Origin: Eledone cirrhosa
Lineage: Eukaryota
Assembly: GCA_964016885.1 (NCBI GenBank)
Contig: OZ024743.1
Location: forward strand, 350,176,001-350,240,000
DNA length: 64,000 nucleotides
Reading direction: 5' to 3'
Under the pieces are notes generated by a model. The model had not been told where the DNA came from, ran no database searches, and saw only the letters and a program-made list of their open reading frames with translations. Shown one piece after another: positions 42,490 to 58,989 of this stretch; the stretch's first letter is position 1; every line of letters begins with the position of its first letter. Both the position numbers and the translations under genes were made by a program.

Positions 42490-45400
42490 ATCAATAACAA
42501 CAGTAACAACAAAAATAACAGCGGTAAAGTCGAGAACGACAACAACAAAAATAACAGCGGTAAGGTCGAGAACGACAATAACAATGACAATAACAACACC
42601 CACAACAACAATAATAGTAGGAACAGTATCAACAAAAACAACAATAATAACAACAACCACAATAACAGTAACAACAGCAACAACGAAAACAACAACAACA
42701 ACACCAACAACTGTACCAACGAAAACATCAACAATGACATCGATACATGTAACAGCGATCTCAGCACCACCAGTAAGACCAGTAGCGGCAGCAATAGTGG
42801 TGCTGCTGAAAAAGTGACCACTTCGTTTGCAGGTGTCGCCCGAAATATCGAGACAGTGTTAGTCACAGAGGAGGAGATGGCAGTCGCCAATTGAGTCTCC
42901 CTGAAACCTCCACCCGATTTGTTCAAGGACCAGCAGCTACGGACGGTGACTTACCGCACCGTAAGCAAAATCTCACATCGGGTGGAGAGAGCTACGGGGG
43001 CTCAAATCCAAAAGGCCTTGGGGTGCGTCTGGGCACGCAAAACCCACATCACCCGAAGCAGAAAGTACGCCACAGTAGACGTACTTTTCGCTACCCCCCA
43101 AGAAGCGAAGTCTCACTCTTTGGAAACCATAAAGAGTGAGGAGATAGTCTTGGTGCCCTCCTACTGCGGGCAGAAAATTGTGAGGGTCAAAGTGACCCAG
43201 GTCCCACCCGACGTGCCCATACCTTGACTAGCCGCGTCTGTCCTTGCTGGAATCGAGGACAGGACGACCATGCTGCAAGTAGAGAAAATAGGGAGAGAGA
43301 ACTTGTCAGGTATAGGCATGCAAATACTTATACAAACTGACGAGGAGTGTATCGACGCTATCCCCAATATCATAGGCTTCGAGGAAGGGCTCCAATTCCC
43401 TATAAGCGTGGAAGGAAGACGGACAAAATGTTGTCTCTGTGGGTCAAAGGGTCACGTCAAGGCCTTTTGCCCGAAGACAGCGAAGAAGAAGGCCCCTCTC
43501 TTGGTCCGCTGCTACCAAGAGCAGGGTTTACGAACGCAGAACCCCCTTCCACGGTGAGTAGGGGTCAACGTCCGTGGCACCCGTACCAAAGCCATGGACA
43601 ACCAAAGCAGCAGAATCAGTGGCGGCAACACCAGTAGCTACATTTGCAGTAGCTGCACCAGCAACAAAATTGCCGGACAGGGCTTCACTATCACCACCAA
43701 CCGCCGTGGAGCACATACCCCTCCCAGACGCCACGGAATCCGACATGGAGTCTGAGGCGGGAGTGAAGTGGCAAACAGTCTTCCACAAAAAAGAAAAAAG
43801 AAAAAAACCCTTAGCTTCACACTCCAAAAGCGAAGGCACACAAAGAGGGGTAAAGGCTGCAAGGAGACTTGCAGCAACACCACCACCATCACCATCAGCA
43901 CCACTAGCACCACCGCTAACAACAACCACACCCCCACCAGCATCACCAAAAACACCAACAGCACAAACATAACAAAACACACACACACAACAGCAACAAG
44001 AAGAAAACAGCAATAAAATCACCCCTCCCCCCAAAACGTACACAGCCATAAACATGGCAAATAAAGAACTCATACAACATATAAAGCAGCACACAGACAT
44101 CACAGAAAAAAACTACTAACACCCCACCAACACAAGAACTCTCCCAACAAACATAAGCATCATTGATATCAGAATAGAACACTTTTAAAACAAAAATTCC
44201 CCAACGCAGTTGGAGACTTCAGAGGGTCGGTTACCGAGAGGATATACATTGACATCCTCTTGGAAACACCCTTGACTGCCAACAGGACGGTTCTACTGTC
44301 CGTTCAACACAGGATCAAGGTAAGTGACCCTTTCTCACTTGCCCCGTTTTTCCTCCAACATGGCCGGACTTAGAATAGGCAGCATAAATGCACGTGGCCT
44401 GGGGTCATCTTGGAAGCAGGGCCACCTGCTCAATGACCTCAAGTCACTAAACATAGATGTGGTGGCCATCAGCGAGACAAGAATCTCCGAAGCACGGGCC
44501 TTCGCACCGATCTTCGGCGGCTAAGATGTGTACGCATCTCCCAGCCGTCCTGGATCGGGGGGAGGAGATGCTGTGCTTTTTCGGAGAGGTTTGGATCTCG
44601 CCATACGGGCCATCTTCCTGGGCGGAGACGGGCAAGCTTTCAGGCTAGCGGCCGTCTATGCCCCAACAGGAGCAAGGCGGCCTGATTTCTTCCGGAGTCT
44701 GGAGACCTTTCTTGGAACGTCCCGCTCTTTATTGTTAGTGGGCGACTGGAACGGGATCTTAGATGCACGCTGGGACTGTGTGGGATTAGCGGATAGGGGA
44801 GGAGGGTGTAAAAGCCTTGCAAACCTGCTCAGACGATTTCAACTGTCTGACAGGTACCGTCTGGATTCCCCGCATGTGCCAATGAGGACATGGACAAACC
44901 GCATAGGGTCATGCAGTTCATATCTAGATAGGGTATTTTGTAGGGAAATAGATAGGTCTAGTATAGGCTGACCACATTTCAAAATAGTTGATTACACGGA
45001 CCACAAACTCGTGATCTGTGAGGTTGACTTAGATAGGCTTCATAGACAGGGACCCGGCTACTGGAAGCTAAACGCGTCATTAACAGCGCGCAAGGCCTAT
45101 AGAGACAGGATTAGTGAACTAGTTAAGCAGGCGTTGGTGGTAGTCATCGTCAACAACAAATGGTGGTTTGCTCTGAAAAAAGCGATTAAAATAGAGTCTA
45201 TTAGGCTTAGTTAGGCTTTAGCAATAGAGAAAAATAGAGCAGAGGGAAAACTAGTTAGAAAATTAGACGAGGCGCTAATAAAGGCATCGCGACCGACGTA
45301 CTTGCGGCGAAATTGGCCCTTGACCAATTCTTCAATGCAAAGCACGAAGGCTGCGTTGTCAGAGCTTGGGTGCATGCTCTTAGACACGAGTGCACGAAAG

Positions 45401-47647
45401 CCGTTCAATGGGCCCGAGTGGCTGAGGCGCGTCGTGGCAACAAAGCCACGATCCGGTCTTTGGTGGACGACGACGGGCGCATGCTTCGCGATCCCGGGAA
45501 AATGTGTGAAGCTTTTCAGCGACACTTCGCTCAGCTGTTCGGGGGAAGCGGCGCGCCGGATTGAATGTTGGACTTTAGTGCCTACCTCGGCGGATGCCGC
45601 GGCTCTCGCCCACGGAGTGAAGCGAAAAGCCGATATCAGCCGCTGAAATATGGGAGGCAATGACTGGCTGCACAAGGGGTAAATCGCCTGGTTTGGATGG
45701 TCTGTCCTATGAACTTTGCGTACAGATGCCAAATTTGTTCGGAGGCCTCTTGGTGGATGTCTACTGCAACTGGTAACAGAACGGGAGTATTACCTGCTCT
45801 GTGAGCCGAGGAGCGGTGGCGCTGCTGAGAAAGGATCCGAACAAGGGGGGATAACATAGATAATTTCAGGCCCATAACTCTGCTAAACACAGAGTCAAAG
45901 GTTTTGGCCAAGGTGCTAGCAAAGAGGTTGGCGATTGTCGTTGGTGGTCTGGTGGGCGAGGCGCAGACATGCGCCATTCCCGACAGATCCATCCACGACA
46001 ACCTCCACCTCATGCGATACATCGTGGAGAGGGTAGCTAGGGAACCTGGCACGGGTGTGTCCTTGATCAATTTAGATCAGTCGAAAGCTTTCAAATAGGG
46101 TCGACATCGTTATCTGGCGGCAGTTTTGAGGGCGGCTTGTTTTGGGTCCATCTTCAGAGGCTGGATCGCTTCCATGCACAGCGACATCTGCTGTGAGGTG
46201 AGAGTGAACGGTCACCTTTCGGAACCGTTCAACATCATGCGCTCGGTTCGCCAAGGATGTCCCGTCTCGTCCCTCTTGTACGTATTGACTACAACACAAA
46301 CTGAAGACGTTGAGGCGGGTCCCGCGCAAACTAGGATGCGGAGGATCCGTGTCACCATATGCGGACGATGTCACCGTAGTGGTGTCGAACGCCAAACACA
46401 TCGAGGCGATCGGCACTACACTAAGAGAATACTACTGCCTGACCGTAGTGCCTTGTCCTAAGCCTCGCCTGACAGTGCTGGAGCGTTTGCTCTATCGCTT
46501 CTTATTTAAGGGACGCGCTCCGATGATCATGCGGTCCATCTGCTGTCAACACCCGCTACGTGGAGGGCTGGGCATGCCGTGGTTGATGATGCGCAGACAC
46601 GCGCTCAGGCTACGACATCCTCACCTCTTCCTCGACGGTGATCAGGTGTCCTTGGCGGAGCTGCAGTCCTGGGTCAAGCGAAGACCGAGATGGAGCGCTT
46701 GAAGACTGGAATGTTTTCAGGCGCTCACAGCCCTCGACCAGTCGGGCAATGTGATCGGTGGAAACTCCACCTTGGCGTTCTATAGAGGATTAGTGGAAGG
46801 GAAGAGCGACGACATACTTGAGGAAACTCTAGGCATCGACGAAAATCAACTAGCCAATCTCTTCGGAAGAACTTTCGGGCCGGGGCCTATGGGCAACTTC
46901 CAGAAATCCCTGGCCTGGCAGTGCTACCGAGGAGCTTTGCCAGTTCGGGATAAACTCTACAGGCATGGAGGTGCCGTCAGCCGGGAATGTCCGAGATGCG
47001 CGCAGGGCGACGAAACCGTTCTGCACGCACTCGTCCAGTGACCAAGCATTGCTGACTTGTGGATTTATGTCGAACACCTGCTGTCGCGTGTAGGACGGAT
47101 CCGGCTATCAGCTGAGTCCATCGTGAGGATTGACCCGCCGTCTTCCTTTAGCCGGGAAGGGCAGGCAGTTTTTATCTGTCTGGTGGCGATGGCGAATGGG
47201 ATAGTATGGTGGACGCGTTTTAAAGGGCTGAAGACGAGCACTTACCTCTTCGGTGATGCCCTGATTTACTTTTTCAAATTTCATTTGAAAAGGAAAATCA
47301 GGGTAGAGAGGGAAGTGATCTCTTCCCAGCATTTTGTCGAAAGATGCGTGAAAGAAGCAAGAATGGCCCGAGTGAATGGGCCTACTCTGAGTATGTGTAA
47401 ATTGAAGCTGGAAAACCGGGAGAGGGCACCTGCCCTGGTGGTCAGGGTCACCGTGACTTTTTTTTTAATGGGCTTTCCCCACGAATGTCCCTCGCTATTG
47501 GGGAATTTTTCATTGTTTCTTTTTTTTTGTTACATCCTCTGTGTTTTTTCACACGCAGAAATGCCCATTTCTACCGTCCTGTATTGTCCTGTATTGTCCT
47601 TAATGTCTTACTTTGTGTAAACCCTTGTGGTTAATAAAGAAAGCATT

Positions 47648-47650
<3 letters not shown>
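42490..47650 (+). mobile_element. Tx1/L1-type LINE, near full-length and degenerate (ORF1 zinc knuckle; ORF2 APE, RT, CCHC)
   Basis: CCLCGSKGHVKAFC; SINARGL, ISET, VYAP, GDWN, YLDRVF, DHK; NFRPITLLN, QGCP, YADD; CPRC..ETVLHAL; AATAAA near 47633; 5' end uncertain (AAC-rich). Confidence 0.88.
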
Positions 47651-47714
<64 letters not shown>

Positions 47715-47721
<7 letters not shown>

Positions 47722-47850
47722 TTCTATGTCTTTTTCTTTTTCTTTTCTTATATAAATAATAAAAATCTTTACAGGCACAAAACCCACATCGTACCGTCCT
47801 GTGCCGCCTGTTTTTCTTGATGTCAGCCCTTGTGGCCAATAAAGAAATCA
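47715..47850 (+). mobile_element. Short 3'-end fragment of a related Tx1-like element
   Basis: Resembles 47520..47645 (taccgtcctgt...cccttgtgg..aataaagaaa). Confidence 0.55.
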
Positions 47851-47868
47851 TCATTATTATTATTATTA

Positions 47869-49252
47869 CAGTTGCATTTAACTTGCTTTATGTTCATACG
47901 AGTTATCACCAAGTCACAACCAGTGACCTCAAGAGACAACAATGTCCGCCATGTTCAAGAAAGAACATACATACACACACAAGCATCTTTAGTGTTTAGA
48001 CTTGTGATGTACTTATATTGACAGAATCTTCCTTAGTATATGGGCAGTTCCCATTAGTACTATCTTTTGTATTTCTCCTATACGCGGGTTTCCTGGGATT
48101 TGCGATATGTAATCATTAGACCCCTTAGGTATCATTCCCAGAGCGCCTACAACCACTGGTATTGTTTTAGTTCTCAATTTCCACATTTTTCCAATTTCTA
48201 TCTCCAGGTCCTTATACTTGCTCAATTTTTCAAATGTTTTTATAGATACATTCTTGTCTATTGGAACAGACATATCAATTAGCAGGCATACCCTCTTTTG
48301 AAAGTCTTTCAATATTATATCAGGTCTGTTTGCATCTATTTTTCGGTCTGTTTGGATGCTAAAGATTGAGATGTGATCTTTTTCAAGTATGGGAGGTGGT
48401 TGATGCTCCCACCAATTCTTTTGATGGGGCAGGTCAAAATGCTTACACATTATCCAATGTATGTATTGTGCAGCTCTGTCATGCCTGTTTAGGTATTCGG
48501 TTGGAGCTATAGGACTGCACATTGAAATTATATGGTCAATGGTCTCTGGTTGTTTTTTGCATACACGGCATAATGGGCTGCACCCATTTTTTATTATGTT
48601 GGCTTGGTAATTTTTTGTTGGCAGACACTGATCTTGTGCCGATATAATCAGTCCTTCAGTCTCCGATTTCAGTCCAGAGGATGCCAACCACTGATGGGTT
48701 AAAGTTTTGTCAACATCAGGATTGTTAGCTCGCTCTGGGTATTTTCCATACAGAGGCTTTTCTTGCCATTTCTTAGCCAGTTTCTGTAGCAGTTCTTTCT
48801 TTGCAGTTACTTTTACCTGCTTTGCTTTTTCTGTGTTTTCCATTTCAGCAGTAAATGGGACTTCTGAAATTTGTAGTCCATTACTGTATCTTTGTGCATC
48901 TTTTGTAATGGAATATGATCTTTTGATGCGTTCGTGTTTCAAAACGAGTTTGATCATCCAATCATGTGATTCCCTTAGATATGTGGATAATCCAATTGTT
49001 GCAGTTTTCAACGCAATGTCTAACTGGATTAACCCACGTCCTCCTTCTTTCCTAGGGAGATATATTCTATCTATATCTGCTTTAGGGTGATGCATTCTGT
49101 GCATGGTTAAGAATTTTCGAATTTTTGTATCGAGCCTACGGATCTCTGTGCTTGACCAGTTGATGACATTGTAACTGTAGGTTACTACTGGTATGGCAAG
49201 CGTGTTTATGGCATCGATCCTATTCCTTGCAATCAATTCCGTTTTTAAGATT
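47869..49252 (-). mobile_element. R4/Dong family B, 5'-truncated copy in opposite orientation (9-nt internal deletion)
   Basis: ORF 48013..49236 nearly identical to 19207..20298; (TTA)n flanks. Confidence 0.92.
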
Positions 49253-49256
49253 ATTA

Positions 49257-49304
<48 letters not shown>

Positions 49305-49305
<1 letters not shown>

Positions 49306-49492
49306 GGGTGGTGGATTGGCAGTATCGGTAGAGGGTCGGACGCCATGCTTTGCAGCAAAGAGTTACGGCCCTTGCCATTCTGAGTTCAAATCCCGCCGAG
49401 GTTGACTTTGCCTTTCATCCTTACGGGGTCGATAAAATAAAGTACCACTAATACACTGGATAATTGCTGGCCTTGTGCCAAAAGTAGGAACA

Positions 49493-49500
<8 letters not shown>
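49305..49500 (+). mobile_element. SINE family 1 embedded in (TTA)n
   Basis: Full head, core and tail. Confidence 0.85.
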
Positions 49501-49528
<28 letters not shown>

Positions 49529-49538
49529 TACATATATA

Positions 49539-49573
<35 letters not shown>

Positions 49574-49595
49574 ATATATATATATATAATATATA

Positions 49596-49628
<33 letters not shown>

Positions 49629-49654
49629 AATATATATGATATATATATATATAA

Positions 49655-49845
49655 TATAAGGATAAATATATAGCAAATATATAAGAACCCTAGATGAAAT
49701 ATTTATTAAAATAACAGATTAAACTTTAAGCAGAGAATCGGTACTTTCACCCTTAACGGGATCTTCTGAGTTTGAGAAGATGCCGTTAAGGCTGAAAGTA
49801 CCGATTCTTTGCTTAAACTTTAATCTGTTATTTTAATAAATATAT
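49655..49845. repeat. 150-bp palindrome plus tail, same family as the 55371 Penelope-like element (other pieces at 807..960 and 7010..7130)
   Basis: gatcccgttaagggtgaaag...ctttaatctgttattttaata arms. Confidence 0.85.
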
Positions 49846-51163
49846 ATATGGACAACCGATCGCGCGGTTAAACCTCTGGGAGTGAAGGACCCCTAGCGTT
49901 TATCAGGGCATTCGTCTAGAAGGCAACTCAGGAAACTGGGATAACTCCAATATAAAACCTGCGGCTCAGTAGTTACCGATGATGTTGATCTTTTCTTCTT
50001 TTCGCGTTATAGTTACTGTCGCTCAGAGAGTGGGATTGGCTCAGTGCAAAATCTTTCCTCACTTTAAAAGTTATCTTCACGCACAAGCATTGCACGATAG
50101 AATTAATTAATAATTATTAATAATGGTTTATCGTGCAATGCAGTGCTTGGGATAAATTTGAGGGACATGACTCTCACGTCTATTTCAAGCCGACCATAAA
50201 TATCTCAGAACAACATTACACTATTTGATTTGAGAGCTTACCTACCCAAACTATTGACAATAGAATAAATAATCACGAATAATTTTAGGTCCTTATTCTT
50301 CAATAAAATATAGCTTTGCTGCAGCTACATGATTAATTTATTAACTTGGGATTTCAAATATATGACAATAAAAACGATAAAACTGAATGATTAGAAGTAG
50401 TGAGTGAAATACTTTAGATTAGGATAGGTCTGTATACTTTTGGTCTTTCATCACAACGCTATTTGCATTGATGGGAGATAGGTGGTGAGTATATATTTGT
50501 GTGGGTATATTATATGATTATTTGTGTTTTTATGTATGTCTGTTTCTGTGAGTACGATGTGTGTAATATGGATACTATATGATACTGGGTGTATCATATT
50601 TCTATTCTAACTATAAAGATTAACCATAAAAATCTCGAATATGGCTTTTTGTTTATAACTTCATAACTAAAAATTGTTGACCTCAAAAACTTTACCCCTT
50701 TGAAACGAAACCTTAATGCCTAAGATAATTTCATAACACTAACGGACAGGTGTCAAAATATATTTTCTAATAAAAAAAAAAAGCCTAATACAACTGGTTT
50801 TTGAAACAATTTTAACATCGATTACATTCTAATGCAATTTTAATGTATACAACGGACAATTCTATGAATGTAAATATGCTCCAATGTTTACATGATTCCA
50901 ATGAAACATCGGTTCCGATGAATGGATGCAAATTGCTTTAGTAAAGCATCTTGAACATCCTATTACTATATTCTCACCAGAAATTTCACGACTCAAATTG
51001 AATTCTTTTTGCCACCTCACCTCAAATCTCAGCATTGATATGCTTTTGGAACAACCACAATTTTTTCATACTTATTAATGAGTATTCTTTATTGCCAGAG
51101 CTCACCAAAGTCCTATCCACGTAAAATAAAATAACATAAAAAAGAAATTCCAGACAGACTCAC

Positions 51164-51374
51164 CTGATATTATGTGGTTTTGAATCCATCAAATATATTG
51201 ATAACATGACGGTGGTTCCATTTTGAGTAACATTAAAATACTCACTACCTTGTTCTTTGATGATTACGATGTCCTGCTTATCTTCAGCATCTGTTACGTT
51301 GAGAATGGTAGTAGCAGTTTCATTTATATTTACGTTTACATCTTGTTCACCGGAAATTTCAGGAGCAGTGTTTC
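51164..51374 (-). CDS. Exon: cadherin/Ig-like beta domain (RNTAPEISGEQDVNVNINET...NVTDAED...)
   Basis: Not in the ORF track. N-x-AP...V-x-D-x-ED pattern; tcacag acceptor, gtgagt donor; 211 nt, phase 1 to 2, matching the next exon. Confidence 0.85.
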
Positions 51375-52330
51375 CTGTGATAAAATAGAGGAAATACTAT
51401 AATAACCACAAACATTCTTAAAAGAAAATCAGTGACTGGAAAAATTACTCGTGATATGTGACGGGAAAATGGTTTAGCGACAAAATGTATTTTCGACGAC
51501 AAAACACTACTAAAAACTCCAGGATTCTTGTCTTACCTCTATATACAAACTTAACCTAATCTACAAAAATTGTTGAATTTATCAGTTGAACATATGAAAT
51601 ATCATTAGTAATGTTTCCTACCATGGAACATATAAACTATTAGTAGTAATGCTTCCAAAAGGGGAACATATAAAGCAAATATATCTAGGCTCTTGGTTCA
51701 TTCAGCCTATTTATTACACGGAAGCTCAGCTCACTACTCTGAATTTGTTTCTTTAATCTTATAGTCAGCCTAACTGGATGAAAATCCTACTGTGAAATAT
51801 AACGCAACTGGACAGTCTCTCAAACGAATGGATTGATGTATGTTCTGTTGGCTTAATTAATGCGTATATTGATTTCGCGCGTCCTAAAATCACTTCGCTA
51901 GGGAGATGTATTTGAAATCAATCTTAACAACCTTATTCAGCAGTTGACTTTAAATAAATGAATGGTAATTACATATGTTCTTGGCACCTTGGCCGGAGAA
52001 AAGTCATTTCATCAATACAATAGACAAACGAAGTAAGCATAATCTGCTTTGTAATAATTGGAATCGGTATACTAGTTAGGTTTATTTAACGGCCATACAA
52101 GAAAGAGGGAACTGATTAATATAAATCACATTATACTTTTTTATCGCACCTTGGTTATAGAGTAGCTTTAACTAAAAGAGCTCTTTCGATTTCAGAGTAC
52201 ATGTGAGTATATGGTCGCTTAGGACGTATGTTTTACCAGCCTTTCAAACATTCATTTCATCAAATTGATCAGTCGACATCCATGTTATATGGACAGTAAA
52301 TATAAACAGAAATAATGTAATATTCCTTAC

Positions 52331-52570
52331 TTGCAGCCTCAAAATCGTCTCCAGCTTGTTTTTCAAGAGATTCACTAGCTTTGGCAATTTCTTCATCTCC
52401 AGTTGCCATATAGTCATAAATACAAAAGTTATCGTTTGCACCGCACACATCTAAAGCTTTCTCATATTGCTTCGACGACGTATCAATAAACTGGGGCACG
52501 AAAGAAGAATTACAGAAATCGGCACTTGAAAAGCCGCTTGCATATTTGAATATAGAAGTATTTATAGCCC
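52331..52570 (-). CDS. Exon: post-VWD region (WAINTSIFKY...VCGANDNFCIYDYMATGD...)
   Basis: C-x5-C-x-YD-xx-ATG motif typical after VWD in MUC4/SUSD2-like proteins; ttgtag acceptor, gtaagg donor; 240 nt. Confidence 0.9.
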
Positions 52571-53173
52571 CTACAATTAAAAATAAGAGGATAAACGGTA
52601 TCATTTAACAAAGTAAAACATAGAGATGAAAATAATACCCATAATGATAAGGTGGTTTTGTTGTTCTTAAATAATTCTGGTCAATTATAATAAATTATAT
52701 TGATGCAACAAGAATTTGCACTAAAGGATATTGGCGTTGTTTCGTAAACAAACGATATATATCGCAACACAATGTAAACCATATTACACAATGAAGATTC
52801 TATTTTCAAAATAAAAATGCGTGTGGGAGTGAGTATGTGAATCATAATTGCTATAAACTAAATGAAAAATAAAGTAAAGGTTGTATAACCTAAGAGGGAC
52901 AAAATATTCCTTAATGTTCTAATAATTTATCTTTGACCGTGCATTATCTGGGAGTTAGTGTCGTGTATGAAGTAAATTCCATATGTTGGAGACAAATTTC
53001 AGATTATCAAACAAAGCTGCAAGAAGTTAGATATCTTAATTTACTAATGGAATAACATGTATTTGAATTAAGTTTTATCACATCTGGTTTTCAAAGTAAT
53101 GCGTTTTAAATATATTACTTCTGCTCTGAGGCGGGGGCCATATATATATACATATATATATGCATATATATAC

Positions 53174-53284
<111 letters not shown>

Positions 53285-53337
53285 CATACATATATATATA
53301 TACATACATATATATATATACATATATATATACATAC

Positions 53338-53402
<65 letters not shown>

Positions 53403-53419
53403 CATATATATATACATAC

Positions 53420-53910
<491 letters not shown>

Positions 53911-53981
53911 CATACATATATATATACATATATATATACATACATATATATATATACATATATATATATACATATATATAT

Positions 53982-54057
<76 letters not shown>

Positions 54058-54065
<8 letters not shown>

Positions 54066-54650
54066 ACACTTTGGGAGGGTCATGCTGCCAATAAGAAACA
54101 CACGCACCAGTTGCTTTCACTTCAATTTAATTTATTAAATATTTATAAATTTACAAATTTATAAATTTCTGGTTGGTTGGTTGGTTCCACAACCAGATAG
54201 TTGTTTATATATATATATAGTCATAGTTCTTTCGTCACACACTCTGTGACCTCTTCAGTGACTGGGGATTTCTTTCTTCGTTTCTGTGCCTTTCCTTTCT
54301 TCTATCCTACGCCATTTTGTTTGTGTGTCAAACAAAATGGCGTAGGATAGAAGAAAGGAAAGGCACAGAAACGAAGAAAGAAATCCCCAGTCACTGAAGA
54401 GGTCACAGAGTGTGTGACGAAAGAACTATGACTATATATATATAAACAACTATCTGGTTGTGGAACCAACCAACCAACCAGAAATTTATAAATTTGTAAA
54501 TTTATAAATATTTAATAAATTAAATTGAAGTGAAAGCAACTGGTGCGTGTGTTTCTTATTGGCAGCATGACCCTCCCAAAGTGTAACAATATCGGTTTCA
54601 ACACACGATTTCAGATAAAGAATCTTGCTAAACAAATTCAGAAACGAAAT
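54058..54650. repeat. Near-perfect 530-bp palindrome plus about 60-bp tail, set in (TA)n
   Basis: Arms 54058..54323 and 54329..54592, 5-nt loop. Confidence 0.92.
54389..54433 (+). ncRNA. Minimal type I hammerhead (mirror copy on the minus strand near 54219..54263)
   Basis: agtca-CUGAAGA-g-gtcaca/tgtgac-GAAA-gaac-UA-tgact. Confidence 0.75.
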
Positions 54651-54662
54651 ATATATATATAC

Positions 54663-54693
<31 letters not shown>

Positions 54694-54725
54694 CATATAT
54701 ATACATATATATATATATATTCATT

Positions 54726-54845
54726 ATAACGAAGGAAGTGTGGTAAGGAACCAGGTGGACCATAACGCACCAGAGTACTCAATACTCAGAAATAGACGTC
54801 GAAACGGCTTGAGCTCTGCCGTCGGGGTCTTGAAAATGTTCCTAT
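54726..54845 (+). repeat. HP1 copy 4, left arm deleted
   Basis: Tail joined directly to the right arm. Confidence 0.8.
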
Positions 54846-55164
54846 TACATATATATATACCTATAATAACATACACACACGAACACACAAACACACACCC
54901 ACAAACAGAGACACACATACACACACGAACTCATGCTTACGCATGTGCTCAAGTATAGCTCTTTTTACAAAACGTTCTTTTTTTTCCATTTCAGGTAGAC
55001 GCGCGCCATCATCCGCTATTCTAAAAAATAAATCTTACACGAAACGCCAGGACCAACAGTTTTGCAAGAGATCCCAACATGAATGGACGTATATTTTTAT
55101 CTAAAGACATTTTTTTCCAATTTCATCCCGTCTGCCCCCTTAATCTATTTTATTTCTCATTCTT

Positions 55165-55200
55165 TCTTCTGATGAAGGACTAGCCTCCGAAAAGTTAAGA
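55165..55200 (+). ncRNA. Minimal hammerhead
   Basis: tctt-CUGAUGA-agg/cct-GAAA-ag-UU-aaga. Confidence 0.5.
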
Positions 55201-55281
55201 CCCTCTTCCTGCTATATCAATCGTTACCCTAATATACACCTTCCATATACTGTGCCGATTGTGTTGTTATCTCTGTTTACC

Positions 55282-57590
<2,309 letters not shown>

Positions 57591-57652
57591 TATATATATA
57601 TATATATATATACGTGTCTGTATATTGTATATATATATATGTATATATATAT

Positions 57653-57851
57653 ATAGGAAAAAGTATGACCCCGGCGGCAGAGCTCAAGCCGTTTCAACGG
57701 CTATTTCTGGAGTTCAGAAATAGCCGTCGAAATGGCTTGAGCTCTGCCGTCGGGGTCATACTTTTTCCTATTTCCCACTCTACTACCCTAAGTATTGAGT
57801 ACTCTGGTGCGTTATGGTCCATCTGGTTCCTTACCACAATTCCTTTGTTAT
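57653..57851 (-). repeat. HP1 copy 5
   Basis: Same tail plus palindrome. Confidence 0.85.
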
Positions 57852-57951
57852 ATATATATATACACACATATAACTATATATACATATATATATATACATA
57901 TATATATATATACACACATATATATATATATATATACAATATACAGACACG

Positions 57952-57989
<38 letters not shown>

Positions 57990-58040
57990 TATATATATAT
58001 ATACAATTAATAAATGAAACTATATTTATAAAACCATATT

Positions 58041-58106
58041 TATTTTATTATACATATTTCAAGGGCAACCAAGGCAAATAATGGTGCGCTTTCATCAGAT
58101 AGAATA
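58041..58106 (-). ncRNA. Minimal type I hammerhead, sense to the host gene
   Basis: tattctat-CUGAUGA-stem II-GAAA-tatgta-UA-ataaaata; same family as 8514 and 13130. Confidence 0.6.
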
Positions 58107-58145
58107 CAGATTTGTTTTATAAATAAATATTGACATAACCTCTGC

Positions 58146-58190
<45 letters not shown>

Positions 58191-58245
58191 ATGGTAGAGT
58201 AGTGAGCTAAACAATTAATAATATATGTCATAATTTTATACATAC

Positions 58246-58449
58246 AAAGTTGACCGAAATTGTGAAAAATATCCTGTTCAGTAGAATTTGCTGCCAGTAC
58301 AGTCCCATTTGGTGTTGTGAAATCATCTTCCTTGTCGTCATTAAATATACCCATAAGTCCTCTAGTTGTTGTAGTATTCTTTAATTCCTCTGGAAAACTC
58401 ACCGTCACTGAAAGCATGCGAATGCCAACAGATACTGTTATGTCGATAC
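58246..58449 (-). CDS. Exon: VWD domain end (GIDITVSVGIRMLSV...TRGLMGIFNDDKEDDFTTPNG...NFGQL)
   Basis: T-x-GLMG-x-FN-xxx-DDF-xx-PNG VWD motif; tttccag acceptor, gtatgt donor; 204 nt. Confidence 0.92.
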
Positions 58450-58745
58450 CTGGAAATATAAGAATTAATATATTCTCTTTGAATTTTATTTTTGTTTAAA
58501 CAAACTGAAAGATGTAATAAACATATTAGCAAATTCTAAAACATTTTTTTATCATCTATTGTAACTGTCAATATTTTCAGGCATGTCAACACCTTTCTTT
58601 TGCAGTTGGATAAGAAATTGTGATATTGCAATATTTCTAACACACTACTGAAGTGATTGCGGATTATTGTCTTAGAATGCGATATTTGAACATTTTAAAG
58701 TCAGCTGTCGCTATTATCATTAACATTCAAATTGAATTAGTTTAC

Positions 58746-58889
58746 CAGATTTATACGTAAGAGACACTGATTGGTCAGTTGTGTTGTCAGTGTTTCTTGT
58801 AAGAGTTAGATCGCGATCCATCATCTTGAAGTCTGTATTGGCTTGGAAGTCTGATGTTTTATCAAAACCTTTGTGATAAATGATCAAAG
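58746..58889 (-). CDS. Exon: VWD domain (TLIIYHKGFDKT...VSLTYKS)
   Basis: atttcag acceptor, gtaaac donor; 144 nt, phase 1-1, open frame. Confidence 0.85.
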
Positions 58890-58989
58890 CTGAAATAGAG
58901 AAAAGCAGAAGTATTACATAGGAATAATACAATTAGATTAGAACAAATCAGCATGTCTGTAATTTAATAGTCAATCACGTTTCCACAAC

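Noticed and set aside
42317-42926. Thr-, Asn- or Leu-rich ORFs as a mucin PTS exon
   Set aside because: AAC-rich low complexity at the Tx1 5' end; the Thr-rich frame is on the opposite strand to the host gene
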